A stretch of DNA of 64,000 bases from Eledone cirrhosa (lineage: Eukaryota), in contig OZ024750.1 of NCBI GenBank assembly GCA_964016885.1, positions 39,556,001 through 39,620,000 on the forward strand, given 5' to 3'. A program made the position numbers and the translations under genes. The notes beneath the pieces were generated by a model. It worked only from the letters and a program-made list of their open reading frames with translations, did no database searches and was not told the origin of the DNA. The first letter of the stretch is position 1, and every line of letters starts with the position of its first letter. Below, in pieces: positions 29,925 through 43,700 of the stretch.

Positions 29925-32900
29925 CTACAGAACAATGTAGAGAGAAGGCCCATTTACACGGGCCATTCTCGCTTCTTTCACCCACCTTTCATAAAACTGT
30001 CTGGGACCAAGCACTTCTCTCTCCATCCTGATTCTTCTTCCGAAGTGGTATCGGAAGAAGTAAACCAGGTGATGGCCGGAGAGAAAGTCACCCGACCTCA
30101 GACCTTTCAGGCGCGTCCACCACACAACCTCTTTCATCATGGCTATTACGCACAGAAAGACCGCCTCTGCTTCATTTCTGAAGGGAGGAGGCGGCTTGAT
30201 GTTCACCACAGACTCGGCGGTTAATCGAATCGGCGCCACACGCGACAGCAGTCGTTCGACGTAGCCCCACAGATCGGCAACGCCCGGGCAGTGTACCAGT
30301 GCATGCGCAACGGTTTCCTCGTCGCGCACGCATCTGGGACAGATCTTTTTCGCGGGATCCCTGCCCGGGCGCCCGTGTCTGTAGAGCTTTTATCGAACGG
30401 GCAGAGCCCCCCGGTAACACTGCCAGGCTAGGGACCTCTGGAAGTTGTCCATGGGTCCCGGGCCGAAAGTTCTACCGAACAGGCTGGCCAGTTCGTCCTC
30501 CTCCATGCCTAGCGACTCTCCAAGGGTGTCGTCGCCCCTGCTAGCCACCAACCCTCTATAGAATGTCGAGGTGGATTCTCCACTGACAGTCGGGTCCGCT
30601 TGCCAGATAGCCGTGAGCGCCTGGGCACACTCAGTGTGCCAGTTGCCCAGTTTTCTCGGTCTTTGCTTCACCCAGGATTGCAGTTCGGTGAGCGAGACGA
30701 GCTGTGGGAAGGCTCGCCTCACAAACGGGGCCCACACCGGCTGACCGTTGAGGAATACCTGTAGATGCCGTAGCCTCAATGCGTGCCTACGCATCAACAG
30801 CCACGGCATACCCAGCTCTCCTTTCGAAGGGTGCTGGCAGCAGATGGATCTCCTCACCATGGGAGGCCGCTTCTTCCAGAGGAACTGGAAGAGCATGCGT
30901 TCCATGATGGTGAGCTTTTCCTTGGGGCAAGGCACGACGGTCAGGCGGTAGTAGATGACGGACGCTATGTAAGCGTTCGTCACCTCCGCCCGACCTTTCA
31001 GTGATAGTTTGCACTTGGCCCACTTCTGGGTCAGCGCAAACACCCTGCTCGTCACCTCGCCCCAATTCTTCTCCACCTGGAGGTCCGGTCCGAACCAGAC
31101 CCCGAGCAGCTTCACCGGGCCCTCCGTCCACCGCCCGACGACACCGTCTAACGGCATCGGTTTGCCCCTCCACGTTCCGAGTTGCAAACCGACTGACTTG
31201 TCCTGGTTCAGCTTAGCCCCCGTCAGCCTTTCGTATTCCTCCAGTAGGGTGGCGATCGCCCCGATTTCCGAGGCGTCCGCCACCATTACTGTTACGTCGT
31301 CGGCATAGGCCGAGACCGCTTTGTGCAATCCCGGTTCCAGGGGTATGCCCCGCAGCAACTCCAACTTCCGCAGCAGTGGCTCGAGAGTCAATATGTACAG
31401 AAGGGAGGAGAGGGGGCACCCCTGTCTGATGGATCGGGTGATTTGAAACGGCTCCGAGAGGTAGCCGTTTACTTTAATCCTAGAGTAGATGTTGCCACTG
31501 TGCATGGCAGAAATCCAGCCCCTGAAAACGGGTCCGAAGCCCGCCGCCGCTAGCACCGCATCCAGGTAACCATGGTCGACCCTATCGAACGCCTTAGATT
31601 GATCCAAGTTGATCAGGGCCCCACCAAAGCCGGGTTCGTAGCCAATCCTCTCTATGATGTATCGCATGAGGTGGAGGTTGTCGTGAATGGACCTGGACGG
31701 GATAGCGCATGTCTGCGCGTCTCCCACCAAACCACCCACCACAAGCGCCAACCTCTTCGCCAACACCTTGGCCAAAATCTGTAACTCTGCATTCAGCAGA
31801 GTTATGGGCCTAAAGTTACTTAAGTCGTCCCCCTTGCTCTCGTCCTTCCTCACTAGCGTGACCACGCCCTTGGTCACAGAACAGGGAATTCTCCCGTTCT
31901 GTTGCCAGTTGCAATAGACAGCCTCGAGGAGTTCGGAGAACAAGACCGGCATAGCTAAATAAAGTTCGTATGGTAGACCATCGAGACCCGGGGATTTGCG
32001 TCTGCTGCATTGGCTGAGCGCTTCCCCGATTTCAGTGGCTGTGATTGGCCTTTCGCAGCACTCCGCTTCGCCGCTCGAAAGACGCGGTAGACCGTCGAGG
32101 TATGGACCGAAGTCCACATCCCCGTCCGGCCCCCCGCCACCTCCGAACAGTCGAGTAAAGTGCCTTTGAAAGGTCTCGCACATTCGCTCAGGTTCAAGGA
32201 TCACCCGTCCATCCTGGTCTCGCAAAGACCGAATGGTGGATTTAATCCCACTCTTGGCTTCTGTCACGCGGGCCCAGCTAACAGCTTTGGTCCCCTCGTT
32301 TCCTAAAGCACGTATTTTACTTCGGACAACGCAGCCTTCGTGCTTCGCGTCAAAGAACTGGCTCAATGCCGTTCTCGTCGCTAACACTCTGGCTACGTCT
32401 CCGCTCCTAATCGCCTCTTCTAGTTTATCTGTTAACTCCCTTTCCCTCCTATTTCTATTCGCCGCTAGTTCCTTACTGTAACCTATCGAACTTACTCTAA
32501 TCTCTCTCTTTAGAGATATTCACCACCTACTGTTGACGATCGCTCCCGTCAACCGCATCTTAACTAAGCTACTAATCCGGTTTCTGTAATCTTTCTTTGT
32601 CGGTAAGGACAAGTTCATCTTCCAGTAACCGGGACCCTGTCTATGCGTTCTATCAAGGTTGACCACGCAGGTCACTAATTTGTGATCTGAATAGCCAACC
32701 ATGATCAGTTCTGGACAACTAAATACGTCCCTATCCTTACTCCTAACCAAAAACCTATCTAGGTACGATCTAGATTGTCCACTGCGGTTTGCCCAGGTCC
32801 AGGTTGGCGCAGTTGGACAATCTAGTCGAAATCTATCGACCAGGTCGAATCGATCGAGTAACCCCTTGAGGCTGCTACACCCCCCTCTATCGGGACATGC

Positions 32901-33353
32901 CCCTGCATAGTCCCAACGCGCATCTAGGATTCCATTCCAGTCCCCCACTAAAAGCAGGGAACGCGACGTTCCTAGAAAAGTCTCCAGACGCTGGAAGAAG
33001 TCGGCTCTTTCCGCCCCGAAGGGAGCATAAAGACCGACCAGTCTGAAAGCCCCGCCTTCACCGCCTCCGACGTCCAGCACCAGTAATCGACCCCCCGGGT
33101 CCGAGTGAACAATCTGTACGTCGAGAGTCAGACGTTTATCCAGCAGTACGGCAACTCCCCCCCCGCCTCCGGGTTGACAGAGAGATGCGTGCATCTCAAA
33201 GTCATCGAAGGCGGGCGCCAGCTGTCTCACGCTGCTGATCCGACTCTCGCAAACAACCATCACATCTATACTTTGTGACCTGAGGTCACTTAGAAGCTTT
33301 GCTTGCTTCCAAGCTGAGCCCAGGCCACGCGCGTTCAAACAGCCAACTCTCAA
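29925..33353 (-). pseudogene. Tx1 ORF2 (endonuclease-RT-CCHC) with two in-frame stops
   Basis: The three ORF pieces are in one frame. Stops are at 32520-32522 (TGA where the paralog has Trp) and 30390-30392 (TAA where the truncated copy has GAA). Motifs: LNARG, GDWNG, SYLDR, YSDH, PGYWKMN, FRPITLLN, LDQSKAFDRV, RQGCPLS, AYADD, CPRC..ETVAHALVHC. Confidence 0.9.
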
Positions 33354-33358
33354 TTGAT

Positions 33359-35221
33359 CTATTTTGGTGTTGAAAGTGAAGAAAGAAAAGCACTTACCTC
33401 TCCGGGTTGCGTAATTTCCATGGCATCAGGTGTGTTGGGTGGAGGGATGTTTTGTGGTGGTGTGGGGGTACACGTGTGTGGTGGGGTTGGGGTATTTGGA
33501 GTTGTGTCAGGGAGAGGGGCGGTTATGGGGAAATCTTTCAAGAGGACGCGATTCAACGGTTTTAAACAGGGGGGGGGGGCTCACGTCCCGTCTAAATTGT
33601 TCTTTTAAGGAACGATAAAGGTCCAGAGGGACCTTTATCATTTTTAAATGGGTGAAGTTCTCTGTTGAGATAAAGTTTGGCCCTTCGGTCTGCACCATAG
33701 GGTTATTGTTTATTAATTTAACCAGTTTTTTGTTTTCTTTATTTATATATGTGTATTGCAACGTCTTTTTTTGTGATGCTGTCAATGTTTCGGAGAGGGG
33801 AGGCGCAGATTTATTTTTGTTTGTTGAGGGTGGGGTGTTTTTGATTGGAGTTGGTGTTTGTGTGTGGGTTATTTGTGGTGTGCTGGGTGTGTGTTTTCTT
33901 TTTTTTCTTTTAACTTGTCTGAAGGCTTCTCCTCCTTCTTCTTCAGAAGTTGGGGGAAACTCTTCAGCGCTAGGTGGGAGGGACGTGTTGTGTGGTTGTT
34001 TTTTTTTTGCGGGAGGGGTAGATTTGTTACTGTTTTTTTTATTATTTGTTTGGAATGGGTTTTGTGGTGGTGGTGGTAATGTTTGTGTCGTGCTTGTGGT
34101 TGGTGATGGTGGTGGTGATGTTTGTGTTGTGGTTGGTGGTGGTGATTTTTGTGTCGTGCTTGTGTTTGGTGCTGGTGGTGGTGATGTTTGTGTTGTGTTT
34201 GTGGTTGGTGGTGTCTGTATTTTGTTTGCTGTGTGTGGTATTAGTGTATTTTTGGATGTGGGTGGTGTTGGTGTACTGTTTGTGGTGGGTGTGGGCAATA
34301 GTCCTTTTTGGGGGATACGTTTCGGGCAGTTAGCCTTAACGTGTCCCCTTTCCATGCATAAATAGCATGCTGGTCTTCTCCCCTCTACAATTATGTCTAT
34401 TGGGGTAAGGTCATCCAGCCAGATGCGATCCGGGATTTGTGCTATTCTTTCGGGCCTCATTTGGACTAGTATGTCGAGGCCCATTCCCAGGAACGCATCT
34501 CCAGTTGCCTTCCCCATTGACAGCATTGTGTCTTCGCCCATATCAATGAAGCCAGCAATAGCCCACCAGAAGTCCATTGTGGGCAGCATTGTTTTTACTT
34601 TTACTCTCTGTGTTCTTCTACCCATGTAGGAGGGATAGAAGCTATATGTTGTCGACGAGAGTGGGCTTAGGGAAAGCTTCTCCGCCGTTTCTTTGTCTCT
34701 TGTTAGGACCGAAATGCTGCCATAGAGTCGGTCCTTTCGTATGAAGAGAATATTCTTCATATAGTCTTTTAGGACTAACTCTATTTCCATTTGGCTGGGC
34801 TGTGCTGGCTTTCTTGTCTGGTTCAGTATAGTTCTGTAGAGAACTGTGTTTTCTGCTCTGGCTTTCTTGAATTCTGGGGGGGAGTTAATGGAAAACATTC
34901 CGTTCTCCCCTAAAACAATGTGTTTCTTTGCTTCGGCCAGTTTTTCTCTGGCGGCAGTTAGGTCAATTGGTGTGTATGTAATGGATTGTTTTGTTTTCTG
35001 GGCGAAAGTTGCCCTGTCGTTATTTGTATTATTTTCTGTTTGTTTGTTTTCTGTTTGCTCATTTTCCTTAACATTTGTTTTTCATTTTGTTTGTTTGTTT
35101 CAATGTCTAATTTTGTTGTAATTATTTTTTGTTCTTCAGACTTGGGGGGCGTGGCAGAGCTAATGGCAGACATGTCTGCCATCTTTTCCGCCATGCTGCC
35201 AAGAAAGAAATTTTTCGGCAA
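33359..35221 (-). pseudogene. Tx1 ORF1 (gag-like zinc knuckle), frameshifted
   Basis: Main frame 33507-34898 has VEGRRPA-CYLCMERGHVKANC (CX2CX4HX4C) then a Pro/Thr-rich tract. The flanking short ORFs (34958-35221, 33359-33556) look like frameshifted N- and C-termini. Confidence 0.75.
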
Positions 35222-35396
35222 AAATAGATATTTATTTTACTCCCTAAAAAGGGGGTAAATGCAAAAATGTTTCCCTAAATAACAGGGGTTAGTGTTCCAA
35301 ATGTGTTGCACTAAAAATTTATCCGGTACTTACAATAGTAAGGGTAAATCCTGATGGAATAGCGGAGCCGATGCGAAGCGTGTCTTACTCTATCAA

Positions 35397-36128
35397 GATA
35401 GATAGATAGATATACAGATAGAGAGCTAAATAGATATATAGAGAGCTAGATAGATATATAGAGAGCTAGATAGATATACAGATAGAGAGCTAAATAGATA
35501 TATAGAGAGCTAGATAGATATACAGATAGAGAGCTAAATAGATATATAGAGAGCTAGATAGATATATAGAGAGCTAGATAGATATACAGATAGAGAGCTA
35601 AATAGATATATAGAGAGCTAGATAGATATACAGATAGAGAGCTAAATAGATATATAGAGAGCTAGATAGATATATAGAGAGCTAGATAGATATACAGATA
35701 GAGAGCTAAATAGATATATAGAGAGCTAGATAGATATACAGATAGAGAGCTAAATAGATATATAGAGAGCTAGATAGATATATAGAGAGCTAGATAGATA
35801 TACAGATAGAGAGCTAAATAGATATATAGAGAGCTAGATAGATATACAGATAGAGAGCTAAATAGATATATAGAGAGCTAGATAGATATATAGAGAGCTA
35901 GATAGATATACAGATAGAGAGCTAAATAGATATATAGAGAGCTAGATAGATATACAGATAGAGAGCTAAATAGATATATAGAGAGCTAGATAGATATATA
36001 GAGAGCTAGATAGATATACAGATAGAGAGCTAAATAGATATATAGAGAGCTAGATAGATATACAGATAGAGAGCTAAATAGATATATAGAGAGCTAGATA
36101 GATATACAGATAGAGAGCTAAATAGATA
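35397..36128. repeat. Compound satellite of gagagctagatagatata(c/t) and gagagctaaatagatata units; also at 29566-29692 and ~27945-27984
   Basis: Highly homogeneous repeats are directly visible on both sides of the Tx1 copies. Confidence 0.9.
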
Positions 36129-36475
36129 AAAAGACAGTTATTGCTATTTTGGGAGTTCTTACTGAATGTTTAATGAAAAATAAAATAAAGCAAGCTCAGT
36201 TATTTTGTAAGTATTGGTTCCCTGTGTGAAGACTAAGGTTCAATCAGAGAAGACCGCACGATCTTTTCAGTGAAATATAAAATGCTAAGAAATAAAGAAT
36301 ACTAGACAATGTGTTCATGTAAAACAGACTGGAGAGATATTTAGAAATAGAGATATTAATCTCGCAAAATTACTTTCACTGGGACAAAAAGCAACGAAAT
36401 TATTTATAGATTGTGTGTATGTGTCAGTGTGTTGTGTGTGTGTATCTGTGTGTGTGTCTGTGTTTCTGTATAGAA

Positions 36476-36567
<92 letters not shown>

Positions 36568-36940
36568 GATCGAGTATCGAAAAATCGGCGCACGAGTTCA
36601 CGATAAACAATATTCGAAATGAGCGGCAGAGGGCTCAATAATTCAGATGAATCAGAGCTATAACTATCGTTAAAATACCGTCACACATAGAACAAGTCTA
36701 CAATCAACCATACGATAAAAAATCGATAATAGAAGATTCGGGACAAACAGATAAAAAATATCAATAAAACAATACATCAAATATATATATATATAATGAA
36801 AAGAAATCGAAATTACAACTGGAGTCTTTTTAAGAATATTTATTTATTTCCTTTACCGGTCTCACAGTTCTTATGTTTTTCAAAAGTAGAATTGAGATGG
36901 AGGGTTTGTGGTTTGTCTAAAAATATATATATATATATAT

Positions 36941-37380
36941 ACGATATTAAATAAATGGAAACTATATTTATAAAACCATATTTATTTCATTATACATATT
37001 TCAGGGATACCAAATTAAAATATGGCATGCCTTCGTCAGATAAAATACAATATATAAACAGTTTTATAAATAATTTTGACGTACCCTATTAGAAGCGACC
37101 ATTATTTTTGGAAGCTGTCAAAAATAATGGTCGCTTCTAATAGGGTACGTCAAAATTATTTATAAAACTGTTTATATATTGTATTTTATCTGACGAAGGC
37201 ATGCCATATTTTAATTTGGTATCCCTGAAATATGTATAATGAAATAAATATGGTTTTATAAATATAGTTTCCCTTTATTTAATATCGTATATCTACGCCA
37301 AATACTTGTCGAATGCTTTATATCAGTTATAAAATATTTACTTGTTGTAACCCAACAATTTTAAATAAAACTTTTGCATA
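36941..37380. mobile_element. Inverted-arm copy of hammerhead family 2 in (TA)n
   Basis: 36941-37110 is the reverse complement of ~37119-37290; the right arm extends to acttttgca|(TA)n; each arm has one hammerhead. Confidence 0.8.
37182..37246 (+). ncRNA. Hammerhead ribozyme candidate, family 2 (mirror copy on - strand at ~36983-37047)
   Basis: tattttat-CTGACGA-aggcatgcca-tattttaatt-tggtatccct-GAAA-tatG-TA-taatgaaata; cleavage triplet GUA at 37234-37236. Confidence 0.65.
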
Positions 37381-37469
37381 TATATATATATATATATATA
37401 TATCAGATATGACTGTCAATGTTGGTGTTGAGGAAGTCCCTCCTTTATCTCCAGGCCTGTATTATATGT

Positions 37470-37742
37470 AAGGGTTGTGGATTGGCAGAATCGTTAGAGC
37501 GTCGGACAAAATGTTTTGCTGCATTTGTTCTAGTTCATTACGTTATGGGTGCAAATCCCTCTGAGGTTTACTTCGTGGCATAGAACTATGGCTCTTTACG
37601 TTCTGAGTTCAAATCCGGCCGAGCTTAGTTTCCTTCTGTGGCCGATAAAATAAAGTACCAGTCACATACTGGGGTTAATATAATCGATTTTCCTTTCCTT
37701 CTTCCCTTATATAACAGACTTTGTACCTAAAGCAGAAACAAT
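37470..37742 (+). mobile_element. SINE (chimeric or dimeric head)
   Basis: tggcagaatcgttagagcgtcggac, two B-box-like motifs (gtgcaaatcc, gttcaaatcc), and gataaaataaagtaccag. Confidence 0.75.
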
Positions 37743-37754
37743 TCTATCTAGAGT

Positions 37755-38750
37755 GATGGAGGTATTGTTGGTGGTGGCGGTGTTGGTGGTGGTGTTGTTG
37801 GTGGTGTTGGTGGTGGTGATGGTGGTGATGGTGTTGGTGATGGTGTTGGTGGTGATGGTGTTGGCGGTGGTGTTGTTGGTGGTGGTGTTGTTGGTGGTGG
37901 TGTTGGCGGTGTTGTTGGTGTTGGTGTTGTTGGTGGCGGTGTTGTTGGTGGCGGTGTTGTTGGTGTTGGCGGTGTTGGTGGTGTTGGTGGTGGTGTTGGT
38001 GGTGTTGGTGGTGGTGTTGTTGGTGGTGATGATGGTGGTGGTGATGGTGTTGGTGGTGATGGTGTTGGCGGTGGTGTTGTTGGTGGTGGTGTTGTTGGTG
38101 GTGGTATTGGCGGTGTTGTTGGTGTTGGTGTTGTTGGTGGCGGTGTTGTTGGTGGCGGTGTTGTTGGTGTTGGCGGTGTTGGTGGTGTTGGTGGTGGTGT
38201 TGGTGGTGTTGGTGGTGGTGGTGTTGGTGTTGGCGGTGTTGTTGGTGGTGGTGGTGTTGTTGGTGGTGATGATGGTGGTGGTGATGGTGTTGGTATTGTT
38301 GGCGGTGTTGGTGTTGGCGGTGTTGGTGGTGTTGGTGGCGGTGTTGGTGATGGTGTTGTTGGTGTTGGCGGTGTTGTTGGTGTTGTTGGTGTTGGTGTTG
38401 TTGTTGTTGGCGGTGTTGTTGGCTGTCTTGGTGTTGGCGGTGTTGTTGGTGGTGTTGGTGGTGGTGTTGTTGGTGGTGGTGTTGGCGGTGGTGTTGTTGG
38501 TGGTGGTGATGGTGGTGTCGTTGGTGTTGTTGGTGGTGGTGTTGGCGGTGGTGTTGTTGGCGGTGTTGTTGGTGGTGTCGTTGGTGTTGTTGGTGGTGGT
38601 GTTGGCGGTGGTGTTGTTGGTGGTGGTGATGGTGGTGATGGTGTTGGTGTTGTTGGCGGTGTTGGCGGTGGTGTTGTTGGTGTTGGTGGTGTTGGTGGTG
38701 GTGATGGTGTCGTCGTTGTTGTTGTTGTTGTTGTTGTTATTGTTGCCGGT
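37755..38750. repeat. (GGT/GTT/GGC/GAT)n array
   Basis: Direct observation. Confidence 0.95.
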
Positions 38751-39261
38751 GGCTATAACGTCCCTGCTAGTGTCAGTGGGGTTCGGGTGGTGGCGCCACT
38801 GTCAGTTGTTGTAATCGTGACACCAACGTTTCAGTTATCATCTTCAACATTGTTGCCGCTGGCGTTGGTGGTAATAAGGAATGGTGAGCCCGGGGGGAGG
38901 GGCCACAGCCAGGGTCTGAATGGGAGGGGGGGGGTTTCGCATTCTTCTTCTTCTTCTTCTTCTTCTTCTTCTTCTTCTTCTTCTTCTTCTTCTTCTTCTT
39001 CTTCTTCCTGGGAAGGCCGTGGGGACCTGAGTCCTCAGACACGCCTTCCACAGAGTTCTATCAGAAGCAACTGTCCCCAATTGGGTTGGATCCCTTTTAT
39101 TTATACCCCCCCTCCCCCAGTTGGGTTGATTAAGAGAACCAAGACATAAAGTACGTTTCTTAAGGATGAAACACACCGGAATTGAACTCATTACATTATG
39201 ATGGCGAGCCTAACTCCCTAACAGCTAAGTACGTATCTTCAACCGACACTTCATCTCACAC

Positions 39262-39990
39262 ATATAATTGTTTCTACTTTAGGCACAAGGCCAGCAATTA
39301 CCCACCACATTACTGGTACTTTATTTTATCGACCCCGTAAGGATGAAAGGCAAAGTTGTTAACCTCGGCGGGATTTGAACTCAGATCATAAAGGGACGTA
39401 ACTCACACATATAATACCTAGGGACAAGGGCAATAATTTGTGGAGAAGAGGGGGGGGGGGAGTCGATTAAATCGACTTCAGTATTTAACTGGTACTTTAT
39501 TTTACCAACCCTGGAAGGATGAAAAGCAAATGTGACTTCGACGGGATTTGAACTGAGAAGGTAAGGAGCCGAAACACTGGTGTGTGACACTCTACTGACT
39601 CAGCCAATCTACAAGAACCAAAAATACAACCCAAAATAAAACAAAATAAAAACAAAACAAAAACCCGCAAAGGATCAGCTTTGTCTTTCATCCTTACGAG
39701 GTCGATAAATAAAGTACCAGTAATGTACTGGGGGTGACACTTCCTCTCCTCCCAAATAGTTGGCCTTGTGCCTATATTAGAAATCATTATTATTGTTTTG
39801 CGGTGGATTGGCAGTATCGGTAGAGGGTCGGACGCCATGCTTTGAAGCATAGAGTTACATCCCTTTATGATCTGAGTTCAAATCCCGCCGAGGTTAACTT
39901 TGCCTTTCATCCTTACAGGGTTGATAAAATAAAGTACCAGTAATGCACTGGGTAATTGTTGGCCTTGTGCCTAAAGTAGAAACAATTATT
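39262..39990. mobile_element. Cluster of four SINE copies (two minus, ~39265-39610; two plus, ~39680-39990)
   Basis: Repeated SINE hallmarks aaagtaccag / ctggtacttt, gttcaaatcc and ggccttgtgcc. Confidence 0.75.
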
Positions 39991-40491
39991 GTTGTTTTCA
40001 TTGGCAGACGAGATACATGTTTATCTATTTGATTATCTATTGATCTAACTCCTTCCCCTCTTCTCTTCTCTCCTCCCATCCCTATCCCCCCCTTCATTTC
40101 TCCTTCTTCCTCCCATCTCTTTCTCCTTCCTCCTCCAATCTCTCTCTCCTCTTCTTTCGTCTCACTCTCCACCCTCATCTCATCCCTCTCTCTGTCTCCA
40201 CCTCTCTTCTCTCTCCCCCCATCCTCTCCTCCAATCTCTCTCTCCTCCAATCTCTCTCTCCTCCCTTCTATTCCCTCCCCCCTCACCTCTCTCCCCCCAC
40301 GCCTCACCCCCACCCACCTCATCCCATCTCCCCCCACCTCCACCCCTATACAGACATGTCTGATGTCACCTGTTTCTGTATGAAGAGATTACCGATTTGC
40401 CAGAGACAACAACTTCCACAGTATTTCTATTGACATTGCATGCTATAACAACAACAACAGTAGTAGTAGTAATAACAACAATAACAACTAC

Positions 40492-40528
<37 letters not shown>

Positions 40529-40708
40529 ATAACAATAACAAAAACTACAGTAGTAGTAGTAGTAGTAATAACAATAACAAAACCACAGTAGTAGTAGTAG
40601 TAGTGATAATAATAACAAAAACCACAGTAGTAGTAGTAGTAATAACAACATCAACAGCAACAATACTAAGAACAACAACAACAATAATAACAATAATAGT
40701 AATGATGC

Positions 40709-43700
40709 TTTCTTTATTAACCACAAGGGTTGACATAAAGTATAACATTAAGGATGGTACAGGAGGGTAGAGGGCAGGACGGTAGAGGACAGTAGAGGAC
40801 GGTAGAGGACAGTAGAGGACGGTAGAGGACAGTAGAGCGCGGTAGAGGACAGTAGAGGGCAGTACAGGATGGTAGAGGACAGTACAGGACGGTAGGGGAC
40901 AGTAGAGGACGGTAGAGGACAGTACAGGACGGTAGAGGACAGTAGAAGGCGGTAGAGGACAGTAGAGGACGGTAGAGGACAGTACAGGACGGTAGAGGAC
41001 GGTAGAGGGCAGTACAGGACGGTAGAGGACAGTAGAAGGCGGTAGAGGACAGTAGAGGACGGTAGAGGACAGTACAGGACGGTAGAGGACGGTAGAGGGC
41101 AGTACAGGACGGTAGAGGACAGTAGAGCGCGGTAGAGGACAGTAGAAGGCAGTAAAGGACGGTAGAGGACAGTAGAGCGCGGTAGAGGACAGTAGAGGGC
41201 AGTAAAGGACGGTAGAAGACAGTAGAGAAAGGTAGAGGAAAGTACAGGGCGGTAGAGGGCAGTACATGACGGTAGAGGGCAGTACAGGACGGTAAAGGAC
41301 GGTAGAGGACAGTACAGGACGGTAGAGGACAGTACAGGACGGTAGAGGGCAGTACAGGATGGTAGAGGACAGTATAGGATGGTAAAGGACGGTAGAAGGC
41401 AGTACAGGACGGTAGAGGGCATTACAGGGCGGTAGAGGGCAGTACAGGACGGTAGAGGACAGTACAGGACGGTAGAGGATGGTAGAGGACGGTAGAGGAC
41501 GGTAGAGGACAGTACAGGACGGTAGAGGACAGTACAGGAGGGTAGAGGACGGTAGAGGACGGTAGAAGACAGTACAGGACGGTAGAGGACGGTAGAGGAT
41601 GGTAGAGGACGGTAGAGGACGGTAGAGGACGGTAGAGAATGGTAGAGGAGAGTACAGGACGGTAGAGGATGGTAGAGGATGGTAGAGGACGGTAGAGGAC
41701 GGTAGAGGACAGTACAGGACGGTAGAGGACGGTAGAGGACAGTAGAGGACGGTAGAGGACAGTAGAGGACAGTACAGGACGGTAGAGGACAGTACAGGAT
41801 GATAGAGGACGGTAGAGGACGGTAGAGGACGGTAGAGGACAGTACAGGACGGTAGAGGACAGTACAGGATGGTAGAGGACAGTAGAGGACGGTAGAGGAC
41901 AGTAGAGGACGGTAGAGGACAGTAGAGGACAGTACAGGACGGTAGAGGACAGTACAGGACGGTAGAGGGCAGTACAGGATGGTAGAGGACAGTAGAGGAC
42001 GGTAGAGGACAGTAGAGGACGGTAGAAGGCAGTACAGGACGGTAGAAGACAGTAGAAGGCGGTAGAGGACAGTAGAGAACGGTAGAGGACAGTACAGGAC
42101 GGTAGAGGACGGTAGAGGACAGTAGAGCGCGGTAGGGGACAGTAGAGGGCAGTACAGGATGGTAGAGGACAGTACAGGACGTTAGAGGACAGTAGAGGAC
42201 GATAGAGGACAGTACAGGACGGTAGAGGACAGTAGAAGGCGGTAGAGGACAGTAGAGGACGGTAGAGGACAGTACAGGACGGTAGAGGACGGTAGAGGGC
42301 AGTACAGGACGGGAGAGGACAGTAGAGCGCGGTAGAGGACAGTAGAGGGCAGTAGAGGACGGTAGAAGACAGTAGAGAAAGGTAGAGGAAAGTACAGGGC
42401 GGTAGAGGGCAGTAATGACGGTAGAGGGCAGTACAGGACGGTAGAGGACGGTACAGGACAGTACAGGACGGTAGAGGACAGTACAGGACGGTAGAGGGCA
42501 GTACAGGATGGTAGAGGACAGTATAGGATGGTAAAGGACGGTAGAAGGCAGTACAGGACGGTAGAGGGCAGTACAGGGCGGTAGAGGGCAGTACAGGACG
42601 GTAGAGGTCAGTACAGGACGGTAGAGGACGGTAGAGGACGATAGAGGACAGTACAGGACGGTAGAGGACAGTACAGGAGGGTAGAGGACGGTAGAGGACG
42701 GTAGAGGACAGTACAGGAGATAGAGGTCAGCACAGGACGGTAGAGGAGATTACAGGACGGTAGAGGACAGTACAGGACGGTAGAGGACAGCACATGATGG
42801 TAGAGGACAGTACAGGACAGTAGAGGACAGTACAGGGCGGTAGAGGACAGTACAGGACGGTAGAGGACAGTACAGGACGGTAGAGGAGAGTAGAGCACGG
42901 TAGAGGACAGTACAGGACGGTAGAGGGCAGTACAGGACGGTAGAGGGCAGCACAGGACGGTAAAGGAGAGTACAGGACGATAGAGGACAGCACAGGACGG
43001 TAGAGGACAGTACAGGACGGTAGAGGACAGTACAGGACGGTAGAGAAGAGTAGAGGACGGTAGAGGACAGTACAGGATGGTAGAGGACAGCACAGGACGG
43101 TAGAGGACAGTACAGGATGGTAGAGGACAGCACAGGACGGTAGAGGAGAGTAGAGGATAGTAGAGGACAGTACAGGATGGTAGAGGACAGCACAGGATGG
43201 TAGAGGACAGTAAGGATGGTAGAGGACAGCACAGGATGGTAGAGGATGGTAGAGGACAGTAGAGGACAGTACAGGATGGTAGAGGACAGTACAGGATGGT
43301 AGAGGACAGCACAGGACGGTAGAGAAGAGTAGAGGACGGTAGAGGACAGTACAGGATGGTAGAGGACAGCACAGGACGGTAGAGGAGAGTAGAGGATGGT
43401 AGAGGACAGTACAGGATGGTAGAGGACAGCACAGGATGGTAGAGGACAGTACAGGATGGTAGAGGACAGCACAGGATGGTAGAGGATGGTAGAGGACAGT
43501 AGAGGACAGTACAGGATGGTAGAGGACAGCACATGACGGTAGAGGACAGTACAGGATGGTAGAGGACAGTACAGGATGGTAGAGGATGGTACAGGATGGC
43601 AGAGGACAGTACAGGATGGTAGAGGACAGCACAGGACGGTAGAGGAGAGTAGAGGATGGTAGAGGACAGTACAGGATGGTAGAGGACAGCACAGGATGGT

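Larger units (their letters stand above)
29693..35396 (-). mobile_element. Full-length Tx1-clade (L1 superfamily) LINE, family B, inside a TAGA-derived satellite
   Basis: ORF1 with CCHC knuckle, ORF2 with APE-RT-Cys motif, 3' end gtggcaaataaa; both flanks are the same satellite. Confidence 0.9.
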
